From: Patescibacteria group bacterium
GTDB taxonomy: Bacteria > Patescibacteriota > Minisyncoccia > Phycocordibacterales > PALSA-1337
NCBI GenBank assembly: GCA_038064415.1
Contig: JBBTTD010000001.1
Span: forward strand, 13,738 to 77,737
Direction: 5' to 3'
Length of the DNA stretch: 64,000 nucleotides
Shown here: positions 40,910 to 49,755 of the stretch, piece by piece
Layout of the letters: each line of letters opens with the position of its first letter
Position numbering within the stretch: position 1 is the first letter of the stretch
Translations under genes and position numbers: made by a program
Notes under the pieces: generated by a model
The model's input: only the letters and a program-made list of their open reading frames with translations
Told to the model about the DNA's origin: nothing
Databases searched by the model: none

Positions 40910-41965
40910 ATGAAAATATTTCACAAAAAATGGAAGAGGCGCGATCTGATTTTATTATTGGAGCGTCTAGAATTATATATTTCTTCCGGTTTGACAATAG
41001 ACAAGGCGCTTGAAATTTTAGGACAGGGGATTTCCGAGCGACAAGCCACTTCATTGGCAAAAGTTCGAGCAAATGTCGTGGCGGGATCCCCATTGTCAAA
41101 GTCCTTCGCGACTCATTTAAATTTGTCTAGAACTCTTGTCGGACTGATAGAACATGGCGAATCATCTGGAGAGCTGGCGCGAACTATTCAGACCGCTAAA
41201 ACCTTACTTGAGAGAGAAGAAGAGTTATCAAAAAAATGCTTATCAGCATTGGCGTATCCAGTCATTATTGGAATCTTTTCTCTAATTTTAACTATTGGAT
41301 TAGTTCGTGGAGTTATGCCGCAAATTATTCCAATGTTGAAAAGTTTGCATGTTCAACTTCCATTATTAACTAGAGTGGTGATGTTCGTTTCTGAAAATCT
41401 TTTATCTTATGGACTCTATATTTTTCTAGGAATTATTACAATTTTCATCACAACTAGTTTTACCTATAAGAAATCCTCTTTATTTAAAGGATTTTGCCAT
41501 AATTTTCTGGCTCATATACCAATATTGGGTCAATTGTTTTATTCCTATTATTTATCACTATTTCTTCAATCCTGTGGCTCTCTTGTTGAATCGGGGTTGC
41601 GAATTGGATATTCATATTCCAATACCACGGCGACGGTGTCATTCATCCCTTTATCAAAATTATTGAATACCCAGATAGTAAATATTCACAGGGGAATTCC
41701 TTTAGGGTCATTGATGGCAAATAAATCCAATAAAATCCCACGTTATATCTCACCGCTTCTTTTAGCTGGTGAATCTTCCGGGACTCTTGGAAAATCATTG
41801 ATTCGCGTCGCATCCATACTAGATCGTGACATAGAACACTCATTAAAAAGAATGACTTCACTGATAGAGCCAGTAATGATGGCGGGAATGGGTTGCGTGG
41901 TTGGTGCCATAGCGCTTTCAATCATGATGCCGATTTATGATATTTCTAGAGTGCTTCAACATTAA
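40910..41965 (+). CDS. Type IV pilus / T2SS platform protein (PilC/GspF family)
   Basis: Two T2SS-F-like repeats with three TM segments; the position after the ATPase supports the call. Confidence 0.7.
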   Translation: MKIFHKKWKRRDLILLLERLELYISSGLTIDKALEILGQGISERQATSLAKVRANVVAGSPLSKSFATHLNLSRTLVGLIEHGESSGELARTIQTAKTLLEREEELSKKCLSALAYPVIIGIFSLILTIGLVRGVMPQIIPMLKSLHVQLPLLTRVVMFVSENLLSYGLYIFLGIITIFITTSFTYKKSSLFKGFCHNFLAHIPILGQLFYSYYLSLFLQSCGSLVESGLRIGYSYSNTTATVSFIPLSKLLNTQIVNIHRGIPLGSLMANKSNKIPRYISPLLLAGESSGTLGKSLIRVASILDRDIEHSLKRMTSLIEPVMMAGMGCVVGAIALSIMMPIYDISRVLQH

Positions 41966-42101
41966 TTAAAAAGTAATCAAAGATTAAAGACGAACTTAGT
42001 AAACATGAATTTCGTAGAAGTTATGTTGCTTCACCACATTATTTTCATTGAGGGTTCTGCATAACTTCTACAAAATTCATGTTTACTAAGTTCACGACAT
42101 A

Positions 42102-43652
42102 ATGTTCAAGATTCAAAATCATAAATCAGGTCTAATCTTGGTAGACATCATTCTGGCGCTTACTTTAGCGACTTTGTTTGTCGTAATTATCACACAATCA
42201 TCGCGTAATCTGAGGGATGTTTTTGAGTCAGCGCGTGAACGAAATCGTTTGCTTGATGTCTATGAACAGCATGCAAGTGAATTTGAAGACCTAATGCCTT
42301 ATGAATCTCGCGTGATTACTTTTGACGCTGATGGATGGAATACTTCAACCACGACGATTGGTGCCATCGCGCGTTGGTATGGCAATGATCGAATTCAAAC
42401 CGATGTGACGATTTCCACTGAATCACCGGGAACATTCGCTACTTCAACAACTGGTTATTCACGACATATTACTTTTGATGTCATCAGAAACTTTCCATTT
42501 ACGAACATCAATAATTTTGCCGGGACGCCATTATGTTCAGTTGATTTTACGAACAAAGAGGTTGTTGGTTCGTACTCATTTCAGCGCGATCTCAATTTAA
42601 TTAATACTTCAACATTTTTATCATTAAAATCTCCTCAATCTTTAGTTCCTACGATCACTCCAATTACTTTACCAGTCAATCCATTATTACCTCTGACTGA
42701 TATTGAAGCGCGAAATGGCGTGGTTTATATTTCAAGCGATTCTCCACTTGCTTCAGACCCAGACTTATTTATTATTGATATTAAAGATCCCAAACACGCG
42801 CAAATTATTTCTTCAATAAATACCGGACCGGGAATAGCAAGCATAACTTTGGCTGGTAACCGCGTATTCGCGGCGGCGGCAAGTACAGCGACCCAGTTGC
42901 ATGTTATTCGTCTTGATGGCTTAAATTTGCCAATCTTGGAAAAGAAATATCAATTGCCTTTACCATATGCCACAGCTACTCCACCTTTGGCTAGTTCAAT
43001 TTTTTATAATAAAAACCATGTTTTTCTTGGTACGACAAAATGGGACGACAATGAGTTCTCAATTATTGATGTGAGTAATCCAGCCGATCCGATTCAAATT
43101 GGCGGATTAGAAACTGGTAGTCAGATTAATGATATTTTTGTACGAAATCATATCGCTTATATTACTGATTCAGATCAACAACAATTGAGTGTTGTAAATA
43201 TTCATAATCTATCCAATCCGAGTTTCTTGGCGTCATTTAGTCCGTCTGGTTGGCAACGGCAGGAAGGGAAAGCCCTCTCGTTTTTTGAAGATAGCTTGAA
43301 TATGACTAGAACTTCCGGTGGATTTAACATCAGACAAGATCACGAGCTTTTTTCTTGGGCTACAACATCATTGGCTGAATTAAATTCTGGGATTGTGCCA
43401 AGTGATTCATTTGCGCCAAAATCAGTTGATATTTCCGGCGGAGCTTATGGTGTGGTAACTGATCGATCTTATATCTATGTAGCGACGCGCCAGCTAAATA
43501 AAGAGTTTCAAATATTTGACCAGAATTTATCTACGACGACGGCAAAAACTTTTTCGTTGCCAGCTTTGCCGCAAATAATGACTTGTGACGGAGATTATTT
43601 ATATATTTTAGCTAATAATGCGCCCGTGATTTATCAGATTTTATTTAAATAA
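42102..43652 (+). CDS. Large pseudopilin-like protein (N-terminal hydrophobic pilin-type helix, beta-rich body)
   Basis: N-terminus KSGLILVDIILALTLATLFVVI resembles a class III signal with Asp at +5; the rest is predicted beta-rich. Confidence 0.45.
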   Translation: MFKIQNHKSGLILVDIILALTLATLFVVIITQSSRNLRDVFESARERNRLLDVYEQHASEFEDLMPYESRVITFDADGWNTSTTTIGAIARWYGNDRIQTDVTISTESPGTFATSTTGYSRHITFDVIRNFPFTNINNFAGTPLCSVDFTNKEVVGSYSFQRDLNLINTSTFLSLKSPQSLVPTITPITLPVNPLLPLTDIEARNGVVYISSDSPLASDPDLFIIDIKDPKHAQIISSINTGPGIASITLAGNRVFAAAASTATQLHVIRLDGLNLPILEKKYQLPLPYATATPPLASSIFYNKNHVFLGTTKWDDNEFSIIDVSNPADPIQIGGLETGSQINDIFVRNHIAYITDSDQQQLSVVNIHNLSNPSFLASFSPSGWQRQEGKALSFFEDSLNMTRTSGGFNIRQDHELFSWATTSLAELNSGIVPSDSFAPKSVDISGGAYGVVTDRSYIYVATRQLNKEFQIFDQNLSTTTAKTFSLPALPQIMTCDGDYLYILANNAPVIYQILFK

Positions 43653-43656
43653 AACA

Positions 43657-43872
43657 ATGCATAACACGAATCCACGAATAAAAAACGCGAGAAAATTGGA
43701 CGAATCTTTTAGGTGTTTTAATTTCGTCGTGCGAGGTATGACTTTGATAGAAGTAATAATTTACACGGTTTTACTTTCTTTGTTGATAACCAATATGATC
43801 AATTATCTATATACAATGCATATTAACAACATTAAACTCATTAACGATGTTCAAGATTCTCAAAATCTATAA
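43657..43872 (+). CDS. Type IV prepilin (minor pilin), unusually long leader if the start is at 43657
   Basis: VRG|MTLIEVIIYTVLLSLL is a canonical prepilin peptidase site (G-M-T-L-I-E). An alternative TTG/GTG start nearer the cleavage site is possible. Confidence 0.6.
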   Translation: MHNTNPRIKNARKLDESFRCFNFVVRGMTLIEVIIYTVLLSLLITNMINYLYTMHINNIKLINDVQDSQNL

Positions 43873-44131
43873 ATCATGTCGTCGCCGAAGAATATATGGT
43901 TTTATTGCCACGACCGCCATCATTTTACTTTCAACAGGAAGTTTAGCATTTCTTGTTGCGACTTCATCTGCCGTTTTCATGTATGCCGATAGTATTGAAA
44001 AGAGGGAAATCAGAATTCAAAATAACCTTAATCAGCAAGCTTGCCAAGATACTCTACGAATAATGAATGCCAAGGATTATTTCTTAAATGTTGACATTCA
44101 ACTTAGTGATTTTGGATGTATAGCGAGGTGA
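43847..44131 (+). CDS. Hypothetical small membrane protein (possible minor pilin)
   Basis: Hydrophobic N-terminal helix plus a C-terminal Cys pair (QQACQD ... GC), reminiscent of a pilin D-region disulfide. Confidence 0.35.
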   Translation: MFKILKIYKSCRRRRIYGFIATTAIILLSTGSLAFLVATSSAVFMYADSIEKREIRIQNNLNQQACQDTLRIMNAKDYFLNVDIQLSDFGCIAR

Positions 44132-44139
44132 GACCTTGC

Positions 44140-44935
44140 TTATGAAATAAAAAAATGGCCCGGACATTCGCTTCATTGCTGAAACAAATGCCGGACCAGA
44201 TCGTGAGAGTCTCCATCATCGCTTGTAAGTATCGGAATTAATCCTGTCTTAGATTGAACTCCGTCTTAGACCTTCCGAGTTTAGCCTTGCGGTTTATTTC
44301 GTTAAGTCATCTTGCAATTGATTCTGGAATTCCTCTACCTTTTTTAGGGGCAGAAGGACATTGTGAGTTGGTGTCCTCACCGTGATTTTTCGCTTGCGCT
44401 ACTATTTCATGTCCTGGCGTGAACGAACTGATACGGTGTTCGCTTCGTCGGTCTATTGTTCTTTGTTCCCTCCACTGGCGATCTTACGATCGTTGTATGA
44501 AAGAATGTTCGGAACTCATTCTGGACTACCTAGTCCAGTGCATACCTAGTCATTGCTTCTTGATGATATTGATGCTTTTGAGGCACCAACATTCATTGGC
44601 ATGAGTACTTTTTACATTAGCACCCACTGAACTCTGTATGGGTTTTGCAACCTTTTTGACCTTGCGGTCATACAAGTAATGTTTAGTGTCATCAGTTGTT
44701 TTCGTATCTTACCTTAGTTGAATTTCTTCTTCTTTGGTTTGAAACTATACAATTGTAAACATTCTTTGTATTTTGGGCGCCTTTCTCTCTAGGCTCCCCG
44801 GTTTCACACCTTGACTTGATGTGAGACCGTAAACTTTTAAGGAACAACTCCACTTGGAGCGTGAAGAGGATGATACACCCACCAAGCAATCCTCGTCAAG
44901 CGTTTTTAAAATACAAATTATTTTAGGAATCTTGT
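44140..44935. other. About 800-bp ORF-free, GC-richer intergenic region with multiple local hairpins (candidate structured RNA or decayed gene)
   Basis: No ORF above about 60 aa with any recognisable product on either strand. Local hairpins include CTGGACTA-cc-TAGTCCAG, GGTTTCACA...TGTGAGACC and GACC-ttgc-GGTC. This gap is exceptional in an otherwise compact window. Confidence 0.4.
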
Positions 44936-45012
44936 CAAATTTTGGTATTTTAGGGATAAAAAAATGAGTAGCTAAACTTTGCTTTTTTGATTTTACACTG
45001 TAGACTTTCACT

Positions 45013-46122
45013 ATGTCACTCTCAATCGGCATCGTCGGTCTCCCAAATGTTGGAAAATCAACCTTATTCAACGCGCTCACAAAAAAGAGCGTCCTAGTGG
45101 CAAATTATCCATTTGCGACAATTGATCCATCGGTCGGTGTCGTGGCGGTCCCGGATGATCGACTCTGGAAGTTGAGTGAATTCTCAAAATCAGCTAAAAC
45201 TATTCCTGCCGTCGTGGAATTCGTAGACATTGCGGGTTTAGTCAAAGGCGCGTCTGTCGATGAGGGACTCGGTAATCAATTCCTTTCAAATATCCGTGAG
45301 ACTGACGCTATCGCCGAAGTGGTGAGGATTTTTGAGGATGACAACATTATCCATGTTGATGGTAAAATCAATCCACTCAAGGATATTGAAGTCATAAATT
45401 TAGAACTTATTTTGGCTGATTTGCAGACAGTTTCAAAAAGGAGCTCAAATCTTGGTAAAGAAGTTAAGGCTGGCAAAAAAGAGGCGATTATTGAACAGGG
45501 TTTGATTCAGAAGTTAAAAATCGCGCTTGAAACGGGAAAATTCGCTTCTACCGTCATAGCTGATGAATTTGAGAAACCTTTTTTGAAATCACTTCACCTT
45601 CTGACATCTAAACCATTTATGTATGTTTTGAACAAGAAATCGGGTGGCAAAAATTTAGATGAATTTCAAGGTCCGACCTTGGATGAAAGATATATCTCGC
45701 TGATGGCGTTTTTTAAAGAAGTCAATGCTTCATGGGTAATTGTTGATGCCGGGATTGAACAGGAGCTCAAAGATATTGATGATAAAGATAAAAAAGAACT
45801 TCGCGAAGGTCTTGGCGCGAATGATGACGGGATTAATAATTTGATCAAAAAAGGCCACGAGCTTTTAAATTTGATTACTTACTTCACGACCGGGGAAGAC
45901 GAAAGTCGTGCCTGGACGATTAAAAAAGGTTGGACCGCGCCTGAAGCTGGTACCGCAATTCATGGTGATTTTAAGGATAAATTTATCCGCGCGGAAGTTA
46001 TTGAGTGGGATAAATTACTTGTCGCTGGTTCATTTGGCGTGGCGCGTGAAAAAGGACTTCTCCGCACGGAGGGAAAAGAGTATGTGGTCAAAGATGGGGA
46101 TGTGATGGAGTTTAAGATTTAG
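45013..46122 (+). CDS. ychF: Ribosome-binding ATPase YchF (Obg family)
   Basis: IGIVGLPNVGKSTLFNALT, G-domain motifs and a C-terminal TGS domain. Confidence 0.85.
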   Translation: MSLSIGIVGLPNVGKSTLFNALTKKSVLVANYPFATIDPSVGVVAVPDDRLWKLSEFSKSAKTIPAVVEFVDIAGLVKGASVDEGLGNQFLSNIRETDAIAEVVRIFEDDNIIHVDGKINPLKDIEVINLELILADLQTVSKRSSNLGKEVKAGKKEAIIEQGLIQKLKIALETGKFASTVIADEFEKPFLKSLHLLTSKPFMYVLNKKSGGKNLDEFQGPTLDERYISLMAFFKEVNASWVIVDAGIEQELKDIDDKDKKELREGLGANDDGINNLIKKGHELLNLITYFTTGEDESRAWTIKKGWTAPEAGTAIHGDFKDKFIRAEVIEWDKLLVAGSFGVAREKGLLRTEGKEYVVKDGDVMEFKI

Positions 46123-46248
46123 GCAAAGAGAAAGGCGTTGCTATTGTATTATCAAGTTCGATATAATCTTGACTTTTGCCCCCAATCATGCCATCATTGT
46201 TTTGAAGCAATTTTGCACATTTGCAGTTAACCCTGTTCCTAAGAACAA

Positions 46249-46449
46249 ATGAAAGGCCACATGCTTACAATGTTAGTGACATTGTTGGTGATCGGACTCA
46301 AAGTATTGTTTGTACTTCTCGCGACAGTACTGTTAATATTCGGTTTTTTTGTTTTCCTGCTCCACCCCGTTTGGACGAAGGGCCTAAGGAATTCATTACC
46401 GTTTTTCCTGCTTGGTTTGGTTATTGCCTTTCTGCTTTTCAAGAAGTAG
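46249..46449 (+). CDS. Small two-TM membrane protein (66 aa)
   Basis: MKGHMLTMLVTLLVIGLKVLFVLLATVLLIFGFFVFLLHPVW...; a terminator follows. The overlapping alternative ORF 46221..46598 has no membrane or compositional support. Confidence 0.4.
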   Translation: MKGHMLTMLVTLLVIGLKVLFVLLATVLLIFGFFVFLLHPVWTKGLRNSLPFFLLGLVIAFLLFKK

Positions 46450-46480
46450 TAGGTATGACAAATCATCGTCAAATTTTACA

Positions 46481-46508
46481 AGCCGTTCCCACGAGGGACG
46501 GCTTTTTT
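46481..46508 (+). terminator. Rho-independent terminator
   Basis: AGCCGTTCCC-acgag-GGACGGCTTTTTT. Confidence 0.7.
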
Positions 46509-46530
46509 GATACTTATAACATTTTGAGTT

Positions 46531-49482
46531 ATGATTACACTTATGAAAAATTCTGGCGAAAAAGTCAATCCAAAAGCGTTAAAATTACCTGCTTATGACC
46601 ATTCAAAGATAGAACCTAAGTGGCAAAAACTTTGGGAAAAACAAAAGTTTGACCAGGCCAGAGAAGATCCAAAGAAAAAGAAGTTTTACGGTTTAATTGA
46701 ATTTCCGTATCCATCCGGCGAAGGACTGCATGTTGGACATATTCGCAGTAATACAGCCATGGATATTATTGCTCGAAAGCGTCGAAGAGAAGGCTATGAA
46801 GTTTTGTTTCCTATCGGTTGGGATGCTTTTGGTCTGCCAACCGAAAATTACGCTATTAAGACTGGTATTCAGCCCGCCATAGTTACCAAAAAAAACACTG
46901 ATACATTTCGCCGACAATTGAAAGCGCTGGGTTTTTCTTTTGATTGGTCGCGTGAAATAGATACGACTGATCCCAAATACTATAAATGGACGCAGTGGAT
47001 ATTTTTGCAATTCTTTAAAAAAGGGCTGGCTTATAAAAAGAAAATGGCTATCAATTGGTGTCCAAAGGATATGATTGGTCTAGCAAATGAAGAAGTTGTA
47101 AATGGTTGTTGTGAACGATGTGGCACGCCCGTGGAAAAACGAGAGAAGGAACAATGGATGCTGGCTATTACTAAATATGCCGATCGATTAGACAGAGATT
47201 TAGATGAAGTTGATTTTCTGGAAAAGATTAAAATTCAACAAAGGAATTGGATAGGGAAGAGTGAGGGTGCGGAGATTGGGTTTAAGTTTGTCATTCCCGC
47301 CCTTGATGGAAGTCGAGGACATGCTCCAACGGGAATCCAAGATCACATTGCGAATTTTGTCTTGCTTCATGGATTTACCGCCACGCCAGATGATGATTTT
47401 CACCCTTGGCTCAAGAAAAAACTTGAAAATTTAGGATATAAAGTGCAAGCGCCGAAATTGCCGAATACTGAAAAACCCACAGAAAATGAGCAGGTTGAAT
47501 TTGTCCTAGATAATGTCAAGTTTGATGAAAATACTGTCTTACTTGGTCATAGTCTTGGTTCTGTGGTTGCTTTAAAGGTTTTAGAAAAACTTAATAAAAA
47601 GATCGCAGGACTTGTGACTGTCGGTGGATTTATTGATACAAACTTCAAAGATCATGACAGAAATTTTGCTGAAAGATTTGGATGGGACTTTGATTTTAAT
47701 AAAATAAAATTAAATGTTAGTTTTATTCGTGTTTTACACGATAAAAATGATGTAGCGATTACTGATGGTCAAGCCAAGAGATTAGCCACTGCTTTGGGAG
47801 TAAATGTTATTGAGCGCATGGCTAATGAGGGTCATTTTTGCGCAAAAGAAGAACCAGCTATATTTGAAGTCATCATACCAAGTATAAAAGTCTTCACGAC
47901 TCGCCCAGATACATTATTTGGCGTGACTTATCTGGTTCTCGCGCCTGAACATCAATTGGTAAAAGAACTTTTGCCAAATGTTCAAAATAAGAAAGAAGTT
48001 GAAGATTATATTTCCAAAACTAAAAAGGAAACTGATATTGAACGCGCTGACGCTTCAAAAGAAAAAACAGGCGTTGAGTTGAAAGGAATTAAGGTTATAA
48101 ATCCAGCAAATAACGAAGAACTACCAGTTTGGATTGCTGATTATGTTTTGGTTGACTACGGCACTGGCGCTGTAATGGCTGTGCCGGCGCATGATGAGAG
48201 GGATAAACAATTTGCCCAAAAATATAGTCTGCCAACCAAAGAAATTATTCTCGCAGATAAAAAAGAAATAATTACTGAATTTGGAAAATCAGTTACCACC
48301 TACAAACTTCGTGACTGGGTGTTTTCACGCCAAAGATACTGGGGTGAGCCCATCCCTGTAGTGCATTGCGAACAATGTGGGATTGTTCCCGTGCCAGAAA
48401 AAGATTTGCCGGTTAAATTACCGAAAGTAAAAAATTATCAGCCGACGCAGACTGGAGAATCACCGCTAGCTTCAATTGGAAAGTGGGTGAATACTAAATG
48501 TCCGAAATGTAAAGGCAAAGCTCGTCGCGAAACAGATACAATGCCTCAATGGGCTGGCTCAAGCTGGTATTATCTGCGCTACGCTGATTCAAAAAATAGT
48601 AAAGTTTTTGCCGGTAAAGATAGACTGAAGTATTGGACGCCAGTAGACTGGTACAACGGTGGAATGGAGCATACAACATTGCATCTGCTTTATTCTCGTT
48701 TTTGGCATAAATTCTTATTTGATTTAGGTTTAGTGCCGACAAAAGAACCATATCAAAAAAGAACCTCACATGGACTCATTCTAGCCGAAGGTGGCGCTAA
48801 AATGTCAAAATCAAGAGATAATATTGTCAGTCCCGACGATATTGTGAAGATTGTTGGCGCGGACTCTTTGCGTCTTTACGAAATGTTTATGGGACCCTTT
48901 GACCAACCAATCGTCTGGAATACGGATAATATTGCCGGGGTCAGGAGGTTTATTGAGCGAGTGTGGAAAATGAGAGAAAAAGTCGTTCAAAAAATGGACG
49001 AAAAGATTGATGATTTTGTGTTGATCAACAAGATTATCCACAAAGCTATCAAAAAAGTCAGCGACGATATTGAAGCGATGAGATTTAATACTGCCATCAG
49101 CGCGCTCATGATTACATTCAATGAACTTGAAAAATTCAGAGTTGTTGATATAGAACAATATGGAGTTTTTCTTAAATTACTGGCACCATTTGCGCCACAT
49201 GTGACTGAAGAATTGTGGGCATCTCTGAATCATAAAAATTCTATTCATACGACTGAATGGCCGATGTATGATCCAGTTTTGGCGATTGATTCACAGACAA
49301 CTATCGTTGTCCAAATAAATGGCAAAATGCGTGGCTCATTCACTGTTCCAATTGATATCAGTAAGGAAGAATTAGAAAATCGCGCGCGGACATTACCAGA
49401 ATCCGCGAAGTGGTTGGAAGGGAAGAGTATCATGAAGATAGTTGTTGTTCCCAATAAGTTAGTCAATTTTGTCATAAAGTAG
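46531..49482 (+). CDS. leuS: Leucyl-tRNA synthetase with an inserted alpha/beta serine-hydrolase (YdeN/RBBP9-like) domain
   Basis: Class I motifs (HVGH, KMSKS), a CP1 editing domain (TTRPDTLFGVTYLVLAPEH) and a C-terminal anticodon-binding region. About 195 extra residues (aa 254-449) lie between NWIGKSEGAEIGF and the editing domain. They include LLHGFTATPDDDFHPWL, GHSLG (GxSxG), a conserved Asp and ANEGHF. Confidence 0.85.
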   Translation: MITLMKNSGEKVNPKALKLPAYDHSKIEPKWQKLWEKQKFDQAREDPKKKKFYGLIEFPYPSGEGLHVGHIRSNTAMDIIARKRRREGYEVLFPIGWDAFGLPTENYAIKTGIQPAIVTKKNTDTFRRQLKALGFSFDWSREIDTTDPKYYKWTQWIFLQFFKKGLAYKKKMAINWCPKDMIGLANEEVVNGCCERCGTPVEKREKEQWMLAITKYADRLDRDLDEVDFLEKIKIQQRNWIGKSEGAEIGFKFVIPALDGSRGHAPTGIQDHIANFVLLHGFTATPDDDFHPWLKKKLENLGYKVQAPKLPNTEKPTENEQVEFVLDNVKFDENTVLLGHSLGSVVALKVLEKLNKKIAGLVTVGGFIDTNFKDHDRNFAERFGWDFDFNKIKLNVSFIRVLHDKNDVAITDGQAKRLATALGVNVIERMANEGHFCAKEEPAIFEVIIPSIKVFTTRPDTLFGVTYLVLAPEHQLVKELLPNVQNKKEVEDYISKTKKETDIERADASKEKTGVELKGIKVINPANNEELPVWIADYVLVDYGTGAVMAVPAHDERDKQFAQKYSLPTKEIILADKKEIITEFGKSVTTYKLRDWVFSRQRYWGEPIPVVHCEQCGIVPVPEKDLPVKLPKVKNYQPTQTGESPLASIGKWVNTKCPKCKGKARRETDTMPQWAGSSWYYLRYADSKNSKVFAGKDRLKYWTPVDWYNGGMEHTTLHLLYSRFWHKFLFDLGLVPTKEPYQKRTSHGLILAEGGAKMSKSRDNIVSPDDIVKIVGADSLRLYEMFMGPFDQPIVWNTDNIAGVRRFIERVWKMREKVVQKMDEKIDDFVLINKIIHKAIKKVSDDIEAMRFNTAISALMITFNELEKFRVVDIEQYGVFLKLLAPFAPHVTEELWASLNHKNSIHTTEWPMYDPVLAIDSQTTIVVQINGKMRGSFTVPIDISKEELENRARTLPESAKWLEGKSIMKIVVVPNKLVNFVIK

Positions 49483-49495
49483 GCCGTATAGTAGA

Positions 49496-49602
49496 CAAGA
49501 AAACAGTATGCGCATTTTATCTCAAGACAAGAGAGTCTTGTCTCGCGAGTCACATAACTACCATCTTTGGATTTGAGATAAAATGCGCATACTGTTTTCT
49601 TG
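49496..49602. repeat. 107-bp element with perfect 30-bp terminal inverted repeats and a 47-nt loop
   Basis: CAAGAAAACAGTATGCGCATTTTATCTCAA ... TTGAGATAAAATGCGCATACTGTTTTCTTG, starting 14 nt after the leuS stop. The loop contains an inner hairpin GACAAGA..TCTTGTC. Confidence 0.75.
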
Positions 49603-49755
49603 CTTAAAATACACTTTGTTTATATTTGACAACGATAAGACAATACTGTAGTGTATACCAATCAAGCCTGGGTGTGGGATTACGCACATTCCCACAAGAT
49701 TGACTTTGTTACAAGCTAGTGATACAAATATATAAATTATTTATTAGCAACTATT

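Noticed and set aside
44140-44500. Possible RNase P RNA, tmRNA, SRP RNA or 5S rRNA in the long non-coding region
   Set aside because: There are weak partial matches only: cgAAtGTCCGGGCc versus the P4 GGAAAGUCCGGGCU on the minus strand, with a second ccggc motif in the wrong relative order, and GATTCTGGAATTC versus the tmRNA 5' end. No GGTTCGAATCC-type T-arm, no tag-reading-frame signature and no consistent secondary structure were found. I cannot support a specific RNA family without a covariance scan.
44745-45080. 111-aa minus-strand ORF overlapping the ychF start
   Set aside because: Its N-terminus is simply the reverse complement of the YchF P-loop region. There is no homology and it overlaps a strongly supported gene.
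46221-46598. 125-aa ORF overlapping the small membrane-protein ORF and the leuS start
   Set aside because: A frame-overlap artefact. The alternative 66-aa two-TM ORF (46249-46449) is followed by a clean terminator and is the more plausible gene. Neither is certain.
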